DNA from: an uncultured Bacillales bacterium
Lineage (GTDB): Bacteria > Bacillota_I > Bacilli_A > RFN20 > CAG-826
DNA length: 64,000 bases
Reading direction: 5' to 3'
NCBI GenBank assembly: GCA_946414655.1
Contig: CAMKPL010000001.1
Location: forward strand, 47,081 to 111,080
Part shown: positions 19,000 to 27,705 of the stretch, piece after piece
Layout: each line of letters starts with the position of its first letter
Numbering within the stretch: the first letter of the stretch is position 1
The notes under the pieces: generated by a model
What the model saw: only the letters and a program-made list of their open reading frames with translations
Database searches by the model: none
What the model was told of the DNA's origin: nothing
Program-made: the position numbers and the translations under genes

Positions 19000-21314
19000 T
19001 ATTTCTTTTCTTTGACCGCCTTAAAGATTCTTTCAGGAGTAATTGGTAAGTGATGGATTCTTACGCCAAAGGCGTTATAGACAGCGTTACATAAAACAGC
19101 TGGTGGAGTATCAATACCAATTTCACCAACAGATTTCGCACCAAATGGTCCTGTTGGTTCATATGAATCAGCAAATTCGGTGACTAATTCACCAACTTCA
19201 GCGCGGGTTGGAATGTGATAGACATCGAAGTTTGTTGTTAATAGTTTTCCTTTGTCGTTATAAATGACTTCTTCAGAAGAGGCCATTCCATAACCTTGGA
19301 TAATTCCACCTTCAACTTGGCCTTTAGCCAGCATTGGGTTAATTGTTGTACCACAGTCAGTTACTGTGACGTACTTAATCATCTTGTATTCGAATGTTTC
19401 AGTATCGAATTCGAATTCACCAAACGCAGCCATAAATGGAGGTGGAGAAACATGTCCATGGAAGGATTCGGTAACAGCGATTTGGCGGGTGTCTTGGTTA
19501 TATAAACGATTGGTTGCTAAATCTTCTAAGGAGAGAGATTTTTCACCAGATGTAAACATCTTTCCGTCAAATTCAACAGTGCCGACTTTCACATTCATGT
19601 ATTCAGCAGCTTCTTTAACAAGTCTTTCTCTCATCTTAGATGCAGCGTTCCATGCGGCATTACCACTAACATAAGTTGTGGAGGATGCATAAGCACCACA
19701 GTCATATGGAGTTAAATCTGTATCAGAAGAATAGATAATGACTTTATCAACAGTGGTTTGAAGTTCTTCAGCAACGATTTGAGCAATCATTGTGTCGGAA
19801 CCTTGGCCAATATCGGTCGCACCAACAGTGACCATGTAAGAACCACCATCATTGAGTTTAATTGTACAAGAACCCATGTCTAAGAATGGAATGCCAGAAC
19901 CTTGCATAGCAATAGCGCAGCCAACTGAACGAACTTTATGTGGTCCGACTTCTTTTCTTGGCCATTTCTTATCCCATTCAATGAGTTCACGACCACGTTT
20001 AATACAATATGGAAGCTTGCAGCTTTCCATAATCATCGCAGTACCTTCTGTACCTTCACCCATAATTTCAAAGATTGGGGAAGTTTCTTTTTCCTTCATT
20101 GAGTTCAGCTCACGAAGTTTAATTGGATCCATACCCATCTTTTCTGCAAGTTCATCTATGATGGATTCAACAGCATAGTTTCCTTGAATAGCACCGTATC
20201 CACGATACGCACCAGCAGAAACGTGGTTGGTATAAACAACGTGGCCACCAAATTTCACAGCCTTAACTTTGTTATATAAAGGAAGAACCTTTGAACCAAC
20301 AATCATAAAGACTGTTAAGGCGTGTTCACCGTAAGCACCAGTATCACTTAAAGCACGGCAATCAATGGCTTGAATAATACCATCCTTTGTTGCGCCGACT
20401 TTGAGAGTAATTTTCATTGGGTGACGTGTGTATGAACATCCAAATACTTCTTCACGAGTGAAGACACACTTACTTGGTTTCTTTGTTCGTAATGTAACTA
20501 AAGCGCAGAACATTTCACCATGGAAAGCTTGTTTACCACCAAATCCACCACCGACACGTGGTTTAACAACACGAATCTTTTCTACAGGAAGACCCAATGT
20601 CTTTGACATAATTCTTCTCATGTGGAATGGGGTTTGGGTTGTTGAATAAACAACTAAACGGTTATGTTCATCTAAGCGAGCATTACATGAGTGCGGTTCA
20701 AGCATCGCGTGAGCTTGGGCTTGAGAATAGAAAGTGTCTTCAACAACATAGTCACATTTCTTTAATTCTTCAGCGACATTACCAACTTCCATCTCATAGG
20801 AGGCAGCTAAATTCTTCTTTGGATCAAAGCCAATTGGGAACATTTCATGAATGCCATCTTCTGGGTGGATGACAGATTTATTTTCATAAGCTTTTTCAAA
20901 GTCGAGAACTGGTTCAAGAACTTCATAATCGACTTTGATTTTCTTCATTGCTTCTAAAGCAACTTCTTCGCTAACTGCAGCAACAGCAGCGACTTCGTCT
21001 CCTACATAACGAGCGTATTCATCAAAGATGAACTTATCATGTGGAGACGGTTCTGGATAACCTTGTCCAGCACGTGTAAAGGCAACATGTGGAACGTTAT
21101 CTTTGGTGAGAATACAAGCGACACCAGGAACTTTTTCCGCTTCACTAACATCGATTGATTTAATACGAGCAAAAGCGTGAGGACTTCTTAGTAGCTTAAT
21201 TACTAAGGAGTTTTGTTGAGCAAGATCATCAGTGTAGAAAGAACGACCTTGCATTAAGCCTTTACCATCAAGACTTGGAGTAATGTTATTAACAACACGG
21301 AAATTCTTTTTCAT
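18999..21314 (-). CDS. XdhD-like molybdopterin-binding subunit (771 aa)
   Basis: GGGFGGKQ, AYRGYG, GATDIGQG, GAYASS, GAKSVGE. Confidence 0.9.
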   Translation of the reverse strand: MKKNFRVVNNITPSLDGKGLMQGRSFYTDDLAQQNSLVIKLLRSPHAFARIKSIDVSEAEKVPGVACILTKDNVPHVAFTRAGQGYPEPSPHDKFIFDEYARYVGDEVAAVAAVSEEVALEAMKKIKVDYEVLEPVLDFEKAYENKSVIHPEDGIHEMFPIGFDPKKNLAASYEMEVGNVAEELKKCDYVVEDTFYSQAQAHAMLEPHSCNARLDEHNRLVVYSTTQTPFHMRRIMSKTLGLPVEKIRVVKPRVGGGFGGKQAFHGEMFCALVTLRTKKPSKCVFTREEVFGCSYTRHPMKITLKVGATKDGIIQAIDCRALSDTGAYGEHALTVFMIVGSKVLPLYNKVKAVKFGGHVVYTNHVSAGAYRGYGAIQGNYAVESIIDELAEKMGMDPIKLRELNSMKEKETSPIFEIMGEGTEGTAMIMESCKLPYCIKRGRELIEWDKKWPRKEVGPHKVRSVGCAIAMQGSGIPFLDMGSCTIKLNDGGSYMVTVGATDIGQGSDTMIAQIVAEELQTTVDKVIIYSSDTDLTPYDCGAYASSTTYVSGNAAWNAASKMRERLVKEAAEYMNVKVGTVEFDGKMFTSGEKSLSLEDLATNRLYNQDTRQIAVTESFHGHVSPPPFMAAFGEFEFDTETFEYKMIKYVTVTDCGTTINPMLAKGQVEGGIIQGYGMASSEEVIYNDKGKLLTTNFDVYHIPTRAEVGELVTEFADSYEPTGPFGAKSVGEIGIDTPPAVLCNAVYNAFGVRIHHLPITPERIFKAVKEKK

Positions 21315-21766
21315 TATTTCTTACCTCCAAGATATTTTTCGACAGCGTTACCTTGGCTTTGTAAACCAGTACAACGACATAAGTTTCCAACTAAGTAATC
21401 ATTGATTTCTTGACGAGTTGGATGTGGGTTTTCTTCTTTTAAGGCGTGAACAACTAGGGCGAGAGCTGCTGAGCAATATCCACATTGGTCGGCGCCTTCT
21501 TTAGCAAAATATTCGGAAAGTTGAGCAGCTTCTTCTTGGATGGATTCAACAGTCATAACTTTCTTTCCTTCAATTGAAGCTGTTAGAACAGAACAAGATA
21601 GAGTTAGTTTTCCATCAACGAGAACTGTACAAGCTCCGCAAGCGGAGGCGTTACAACCTTTCTTAACTGATTTGACTCCGTTAGCGCGAAGTGAATCAAG
21701 AAGGTATTCACCTGGTTTAACATAGTAGACAACATCTAAACCATTTAAATTGAATTTGACTTCCAT
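21314..21766 (-). CDS. 2x[2Fe-2S] subunit of the second molybdo-hydroxylase
   Basis: GCNASACGAC, QCGYC, GNLCRCTG. Confidence 0.92.
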   Translation of the reverse strand: MEVKFNLNGLDVVYYVKPGEYLLDSLRANGVKSVKKGCNASACGACTVLVDGKLTLSCSVLTASIEGKKVMTVESIQEEAAQLSEYFAKEGADQCGYCSAALALVVHALKEENPHPTRQEINDYLVGNLCRCTGLQSQGNAVEKYLGGKK

Positions 21767-22543
21767 TTATTTAACCTCCTCTAAAGCGCGTTTTAAGTAA
21801 ACACGAGCAAGATGGCTTCGGTATTCACCTTTGGCGCTCATTGAGTCGCCAAGTTTTAACTCTTGCATAGCAAGCTCAACGGCTTGATCAACATCCTTGC
21901 CACCTTCATTTAAATATTTCATCGCTCCTTCGCATAAACATGCAACTAATGGACGAGAACCAACCACAATTCGGTAATCTTTGTCTTTAGTGACACAGAC
22001 ATTCAGAATTGGGTAATCTAGAGCAGTCATTTTAACTTTCTTAAAGAAAGATTTGGCAGAACTCTTATAAATACGAACTTCAGTTAAAATTCCATCAGCA
22101 AATCCTGGTTTCTTCACGTATTCATCAAGTGATATGACTTCTTCTGGATAGAAAACTAAATCAACTTTAAATCCAAGAAGAGCAGTAATCACATCAGAGA
22201 AACCATATTTTCCGTAAACGGAACCTCCGATTGTGGCGCTATTGCGGAAAGCTGGACCCATGATTTGATGAACCGCATCAGAGAGAACTCCGCCACCAAT
22301 CTTTTTAATAATTGGAGAGGTTTCAAAAGCTCTTTGAGTAACCAACGCGCCAACTGAAACATAATCTTTTTCTTCTTTAATTTGGTCTAAACCTAGACGA
22401 GAAAGATCGATTAATTTGTCGACGTCGCCATTTCCTTTCTTTAACCATAAACCACCACCAAGAATTTTATTTTTTGGTGATGATTTTTTGAGGGAGTATG
22501 CTTCTTCCAAAGAAGCTGCACGAACATATTCGTTTACTTTCAT
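21767..22543 (-). CDS. YgfM-like FAD-binding subunit
   Basis: ILGGGLWL, FRNSATIGGSV, SAKGEYR. Confidence 0.85.
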   Translation of the reverse strand: MKVNEYVRAASLEEAYSLKKSSPKNKILGGGLWLKKGNGDVDKLIDLSRLGLDQIKEEKDYVSVGALVTQRAFETSPIIKKIGGGVLSDAVHQIMGPAFRNSATIGGSVYGKYGFSDVITALLGFKVDLVFYPEEVISLDEYVKKPGFADGILTEVRIYKSSAKSFFKKVKMTALDYPILNVCVTKDKDYRIVVGSRPLVACLCEGAMKYLNEGGKDVDQAVELAMQELKLGDSMSAKGEYRSHLARVYLKRALEEVK

Positions 22544-23115
22544 GTTTGCTTCCTTTCTAACAAAGTAAGAAGTTTTTCGTAGTCTTCCATCGTATCAACA
22601 TCAAAATTGATAAATGGATCATTAACCTCTACCTCAACAACTTTGTCTTTGTTTTGATCTAAAAAAGCATGTAAATTCGATTCCACTGGTTCCTTCTTTA
22701 ATGAAGAAAGTAAATGATTTTCAATAAAAAGAGGGTGGCCGGTTTTGCCTTGATAGGTTGGAATACGAACAGTGCCTTTAGAATGTAAGATTGTTTCATA
22801 GGTCTTGCTAGAAACGTTTGGAATATCTCCTGGAATTAAAAGAATGTCTTCATCGTGCGCTCTACTAACTCCAGTTAGCACAGAAGAAAACATTCCTAAT
22901 TCGTAATTCTTGTTGTAGGCAAATTCAACATCATATTGATGAAGAATTTCTCTAAGCTCAGCGTCATAGCGACCAGTCACAACAACAATGTGGTCTACAA
23001 AAGGTCGCATTGTTTTAAATGTATGACAAATTAATGGTTCGCCTTTAAACTCTAAAACCATCTTATTGAGTTTTACCCGGCTGGAATAACCGCCTGCGAG
23101 AACAATTCCTAGCAT
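22540..23115 (-). CDS. mocA: Molybdenum cofactor cytidylyltransferase (MocA/YgfJ-like)
   Basis: VLAGGYSSR..NKM, GMFSS, PGDIP, GHP, DVDT.EDY; first gene of the operon. Confidence 0.8.
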   Translation of the reverse strand: MLGIVLAGGYSSRVKLNKMVLEFKGEPLICHTFKTMRPFVDHIVVVTGRYDAELREILHQYDVEFAYNKNYELGMFSSVLTGVSRAHDEDILLIPGDIPNVSSKTYETILHSKGTVRIPTYQGKTGHPLFIENHLLSSLKKEPVESNLHAFLDQNKDKVVEVEVNDPFINFDVDTMEDYEKLLTLLERKQT

Positions 23116-23141
23116 ACAATCTTTCCCAAAATATAATAAAT

Positions 23142-23170
23142 ATTTTACACGAGCAAGCGCTCGCTATCAA
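23142..23170 (-). promoter_or_regulatory. Promoter of the catabolic operon with a palindrome in the spacer
   Basis: TTGATA-17 nt-TAAAAT on the minus strand; CGAGC-AAGC-GCTCG at 23150-23163. Confidence 0.65.
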
Positions 23171-23262
23171 GCAAGCTCATAAAAAGAAAATTAAATAATG
23201 CAAATATGTGCGTGTTTTGCTGTAGATTTTGTATAATATTGAAGTACGAAAGAGGTAGAAAA

Positions 23263-24180
23263 ATGTCACGTTATGTTGTCTCATTAGGAGGCAATGCACT
23301 AGGCAACAACGCCGAAGAGCAGAAGGCTCTTCTAAAGGGTGTTGCAAAAAGCATTGTCCACTTGATTAAACTTGGAAATGAAGTTGTGATTGTCCATGGA
23401 AACGGACCACAAGTAGGCATGATTAATCTTGCTTTTACTGAATCAACTTCAGCTCCAGATATGCCATTCCCAGAATGTGGAGCAATGAGCCAAGGTTATA
23501 TTGGCTTCCATATTCAAAACGCCATTCAAAACGCACTTAAAGACGAAGGTATTCAAAGAAACGTTGCCACTGTTGTCACGCAAGTGCTCGTTGATAAGGA
23601 TGATCCACTTTTCAAATCTCCATCAAAACCAGTTGGAGCATTCTATAGTGAAGAAGAAGCAAAGAAAATTGCTGCCGAAAAAGGCTATACGATGAAAGAA
23701 GATGCTGGTCGAGGTTGGAGAAGAGTTGTTGCTTCACCACTTCCAGTTGATGTTGTTGAAAAAGAATCTATTTCCCGTCTTGTTAAAGCAGGTGATGTTG
23801 TCATCTGTGCTGGCGGAGGTGGAATTCCAGTAATTAAAAATGGGGATCACTTAGAAGGTATCGCCGCAGTTATCGACAAAGACTATGCATCCGCAAAAGT
23901 TGCTGCTCTTGTTGATGCTGACTATCTTGTTATTTTAACGGCTGTTGATAATGTCTATATTAACTTCCGCAAGCCAGATGAAAGGAAACTTGAACGTGTT
24001 TCTAAAGCGGAAATGGAAGAATATTTAAAAACCGATTACTTTGCTAAAGGAAGTATGTATCCAAAGGTCAATGCCTGTGTAAAATTCTTAAACGAAAAAC
24101 CAGGCAAAACCGCAATTATTTCATCCTTAGAAAAAGCAAATTTAGCTGTTGAATTAAAAGCTGGAACAATTATTAAATAA
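23263..24180 (+). CDS. arcC: Carbamate kinase (YqeA/ArcC-like)
   Basis: SLGGNAL, HGNGPQVG, AMSQGYIG, RRVVASP, GGGGIPV, IDKD, GSMYPKV; start 23263 (AGAGG RBS). Confidence 0.95.
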   Translation: MSRYVVSLGGNALGNNAEEQKALLKGVAKSIVHLIKLGNEVVIVHGNGPQVGMINLAFTESTSAPDMPFPECGAMSQGYIGFHIQNAIQNALKDEGIQRNVATVVTQVLVDKDDPLFKSPSKPVGAFYSEEEAKKIAAEKGYTMKEDAGRGWRRVVASPLPVDVVEKESISRLVKAGDVVICAGGGGIPVIKNGDHLEGIAAVIDKDYASAKVAALVDADYLVILTAVDNVYINFRKPDERKLERVSKAEMEEYLKTDYFAKGSMYPKVNACVKFLNEKPGKTAIISSLEKANLAVELKAGTIIK

Positions 24181-24203
24181 CCAAGAATTGCTGGTTATTT
24201 CAC

Positions 24204-24236
24204 AAAAAAAGTTGACTTTTGACGGTCAACTTTTTT
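24204..24236. terminator. Bidirectional terminator between arcC and serA
   Basis: A7-GTTGAC-N8-GTCAAC-T6. Confidence 0.85.
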
Positions 24237-24251
24237 GATAGAAACTTTTAA

Positions 24252-25388
24252 TTAAATAACGCGAACTCTCTTTACGCCAGCAATGGCTTTTAAGGTAGCT
24301 TCGTCAACCTTGCCTTTAACTTCGGCTAAGGTTGCTCCGAAAGCACCTTTTACGCCACAAACTAGTTTTGTTGCATCGGCTTTAGAGATAACTTCCTTAA
24401 CTGCTTTTTCAGCTTCGGCTTCATAAAGAACAACAACACGCGTACCTTCTTTTTTACCTAAATCGAGTCGTGGATAGTTCACAGAATTAATGATGTTTCC
24501 GTTTTCTACATAATCAACGACTTGTTTAGCGGCCATCATCGCACAGTTATCTTCGGCTTCTTCGGTTGAAGCGCCTAAGTGAGAAATAGCAACGACTCCA
24601 TCCATATTAGCTGTTTTGTAATCTGGGAAGTCGGTAACGTACTTACGGACCTTACCAGAAGCAATGGCTTCTTTTAAGTCATCGTCATTAACAATAGCAT
24701 CACGAGCACAGTTAACAATAATCACGCCATCTTTCATTTTGGCAAACGCTTCTTTGTTAAGCATTCCGCGTGTGGCGTCTAATAAAGGAACGTGAACGGA
24801 AATGTAATCAGCGCGAGCATACATTTCATCATAAGAAACAATTTCCATATCGCTTGGGAAAAGATGTTTGTTTCTTTCGATTGTATCTTTACTTGGTTCA
24901 ACACCAATAACGTGCATGCCAAGTCCACCAGCGGCTTGAGCAACTAATGCACCAATCGCACCACAGCCAATAACACCAAGGGTTTTACCGAGAATTTCAG
25001 TTCCAGCAAAAGCACCTTTAGCTTTTTCCATTGATTTATTAATTAGTTCATCACCTTTATTTTCTTTCACCCATTCCATGGATCCACGAATATCACGAGC
25101 AGCAAGAAGCATCGCGGCGATTGTTAATTCTTTAACGGCATTAGCATTGGCTCCTGGTGTATTAAAAACAACAACACCAGCTTTAGCATATGGTTCAAGA
25201 GGAATATTATTCACACCAGCACCTGCACGAGCAACCGCTAAAACATTTTCTGGGAGAACAGTTTCAAGCATGTTCGCACTACGAACAAGAATTGCTGTTG
25301 CTTCATTAACATCTTCGGTAATGGTATAAGAACTTGGTAAGACCTTTAAACCAACTGGAGAGATTTTGTTTAAACAAAGTACCTTCAT
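24252..25388 (-). CDS. serA: D-3-phosphoglycerate dehydrogenase
   Basis: RAGAGVNNI, NTPGANANAV, GCGAIG, HVPL, NCAR, HLGASTEEAE; next to serC. Confidence 0.9.
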   Translation of the reverse strand: MKVLCLNKISPVGLKVLPSSYTITEDVNEATAILVRSANMLETVLPENVLAVARAGAGVNNIPLEPYAKAGVVVFNTPGANANAVKELTIAAMLLAARDIRGSMEWVKENKGDELINKSMEKAKGAFAGTEILGKTLGVIGCGAIGALVAQAAGGLGMHVIGVEPSKDTIERNKHLFPSDMEIVSYDEMYARADYISVHVPLLDATRGMLNKEAFAKMKDGVIIVNCARDAIVNDDDLKEAIASGKVRKYVTDFPDYKTANMDGVVAISHLGASTEEAEDNCAMMAAKQVVDYVENGNIINSVNYPRLDLGKKEGTRVVVLYEAEAEKAVKEVISKADATKLVCGVKGAFGATLAEVKGKVDEATLKAIAGVKRVRVI

Positions 25389-26470
25389 TATTTATGAGCC
25401 TCTTCAAATTCTTTCATGTATTTGACAAGTGCTTCAACACCAGCAATTGGCATGGCGTTATATAAAGAAGCACGAAGTCCACCAGTAGAACGGTGACCTT
25501 TGAGGTTTGTGAAGCGATATTTCTTTGCTCCTTCAAGGAATTCAGCATCAAGTTCATCGCTTGGTGTACGGAATGTTACGTTCATTAATGAACGTGAATC
25601 TTTATCCACGTATGGTTTGAAGAATTTGCTTGAATCAAGATAGTCGTAAAGAATCTTCGCTTTCTTTTCGTTGTTTGCTTTACGTGCTGCAAGTCCACCT
25701 TCTTTAAGTAACCATTTGAAGACTAATCCACAAATGTAGATACCATAGGTTGGTGGGGTGTTGTACATCGAACCATTTTCAGCATGGAGACGATAATCTA
25801 AATATGCTGGAAGAGGTTGTCTTGGTGTACGAGCAAGTAAATCATCGCGAATAATACAGATCGTAACACCAGCTGGTCCAACGTTCTTTTGGGCACCAGC
25901 ATAGATCATGCCAAATTTCTTCACATCAATTGGTTCACTTAAGAAGCATGAAGACATATCACAGATTAATGGAACGTTTCCGGTTTCTGGATATTCTTTA
26001 AATTTAGATCCATAAATGGTGTTGTTATCACACATATAGACATAGTCTGCTTCTGGATCAAACTTAATTGATTTAACATCCGGAATCTTTTTAAATCCGT
26101 TTTCTTCACCGGAAGCAACAACGTTGACTTCACCAAAGATTTTGGCATCTTTAATGGCTTTCTTTGTCCAGACGCCTGTGTTAATTAAATCGATTTTTCC
26201 TTTGACCATGAAGTTCATTGGAATCATCGCAAATCCGAGGGTAGCACCACCCTGCATAAATAGAACTTTATAGTTCTCTGGAATGCCAATTAACTTTCTT
26301 AAATCTGCTTCAGCTTCATCAATGATGCCTTGGTAGACTCTGGAACGGTGTGACATTTCCATGACCGACATGCCTGAATCATGATAATCAAGCATTTCCG
26401 CAGCAGCGGTCTTGAGGACTTCCTCAGGAAGCATTGCTGGTCCAGCGGAGAAGTTGTAAATTCGACTCAT
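25388..26470 (-). CDS. serC: Phosphoserine aminotransferase
   Basis: NFSAGPA, SVMEMSHRS, AGAQKNVGPAG, YNTPP, KGHRSTGGLRASLYNA. Confidence 0.97.
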   Translation of the reverse strand: MSRIYNFSAGPAMLPEEVLKTAAAEMLDYHDSGMSVMEMSHRSRVYQGIIDEAEADLRKLIGIPENYKVLFMQGGATLGFAMIPMNFMVKGKIDLINTGVWTKKAIKDAKIFGEVNVVASGEENGFKKIPDVKSIKFDPEADYVYMCDNNTIYGSKFKEYPETGNVPLICDMSSCFLSEPIDVKKFGMIYAGAQKNVGPAGVTICIIRDDLLARTPRQPLPAYLDYRLHAENGSMYNTPPTYGIYICGLVFKWLLKEGGLAARKANNEKKAKILYDYLDSSKFFKPYVDKDSRSLMNVTFRTPSDELDAEFLEGAKKYRFTNLKGHRSTGGLRASLYNAMPIAGVEALVKYMKEFEEAHK

Positions 26471-26487
26471 TTAAGACTCCTTTTCTG

Positions 26488-27705
26488 TTATTTAATTCTC
26501 TTTGATTCGAGATAATAACGTTTTTCTGTCGCGTGTCCCATCGAGAATGCTTTTCGTGGGAGCACTTCATCCTTCGCAATGTAAGCGAAGATATCACCTT
26601 TGGTGAGCGCTGGCATAATAATTGCCACACTACCAGGATGTTTTTTAGCCACTTCTAATGTTTGGTCTTCATCATGGATATAATCCACGGATGCGTCAGC
26701 GTGACTCTTTAGATACGCATCAACATAGGTTTGAACAATCTTGTATGCTTCTGGTCCAACTTTTGGAATGGAGAGTTCAACTTTTCCATCTTTGGTTGAA
26801 TACGCATAAGATTTGTTCTCACCTTTTAAGACTTCTTTAAGACCTCTTAGGAAATCGTCTTTCACATTAAATACAACACGATGAATTGGTTCAAAGATTA
26901 AACCTTCATCATAGATGTTTAACGCTTCGACTAATGCATAGCGACCTGGGTGGTTCTTGCGTTCCTCTTCAGAAAGATGAACTTTAACTTTATCCCAATG
27001 TGCTTTTGCAGTAGCTAAAGAATGGTTTCCATCACCAACAATGAAGAGCAATCCGTTATTGTTTTCTTTTAGAAGATCTTCGAATTGTTGGATGATTTTT
27101 TGGGTATCCTTAATCTTGTATCCTTTCAGATGTCCACCGTCTTCATTGAGCTCAAAGTCATAGACTTTCTCGAGTTCATCTCGATGCTCATAGAGCGGCT
27201 CAATGATTTTTCGCTTTGGATCATCGTAAAGGAAGAGAATATGTGGTAATTCAACTGGAGCGTTTTCTCTAATTTTTAATCTTGGAGGTATACGTTCGAC
27301 GATGGTGGCTTCACTAGCGCGAATGAGAGATTTCACACCTTTCTCGTATGTGTAATCTTCTAAATCAATCGCGATCATTAAGCCAAGTCTACGATCAACC
27401 ACATTTGTTTTACGATCGACCAAGATAAAGCATTCGCCTTGGTCGACTAAAACATTCTCTTCAAGATACTTTTGAATTGTTTCATTGATTTTATCAATGT
27501 AGGCTTTTTCATCTACCTTGCCTAAATAGGCTTCTGGGAACATCATTCTTAAAGTTGATGGTTGATCACCAACCAACTTTTCAACTCTTTCCCAGTAGTC
27601 TAATTGAGATGTAAATTGGTCGCAGGCAATAACTGCCCAGGCGGTCATATTTACACCCTTTTTAGGAAGGAGAATGTGTGGAGCTTTAATTGTCGTAAAC
27701 GACAT
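26488..27705 (-). CDS. DUF1015 family protein
   Basis: WAVIACDQFTS, IVGDGNHSLATAK, LPRKAFSMG..RYYLE; typical serA/serC neighbour; start overlaps the gdhA stop (TAATG). Confidence 0.85.
   Translation of the reverse strand: MSFTTIKAPHILLPKKGVNMTAWAVIACDQFTSQLDYWERVEKLVGDQPSTLRMMFPEAYLGKVDEKAYIDKINETIQKYLEENVLVDQGECFILVDRKTNVVDRRLGLMIAIDLEDYTYEKGVKSLIRASEATIVERIPPRLKIRENAPVELPHILFLYDDPKRKIIEPLYEHRDELEKVYDFELNEDGGHLKGYKIKDTQKIIQQFEDLLKENNNGLLFIVGDGNHSLATAKAHWDKVKVHLSEEERKNHPGRYALVEALNIYDEGLIFEPIHRVVFNVKDDFLRGLKEVLKGENKSYAYSTKDGKVELSIPKVGPEAYKIVQTYVDAYLKSHADASVDYIHDEDQTLEVAKKHPGSVAIIMPALTKGDIFAYIAKDEVLPRKAFSMGHATEKRYYLESKRIK

Noticed and set aside
13204-21314. Selenocysteine recoding in the molybdoenzymes
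   Set aside because: All ORFs are full length with no in-frame TGA
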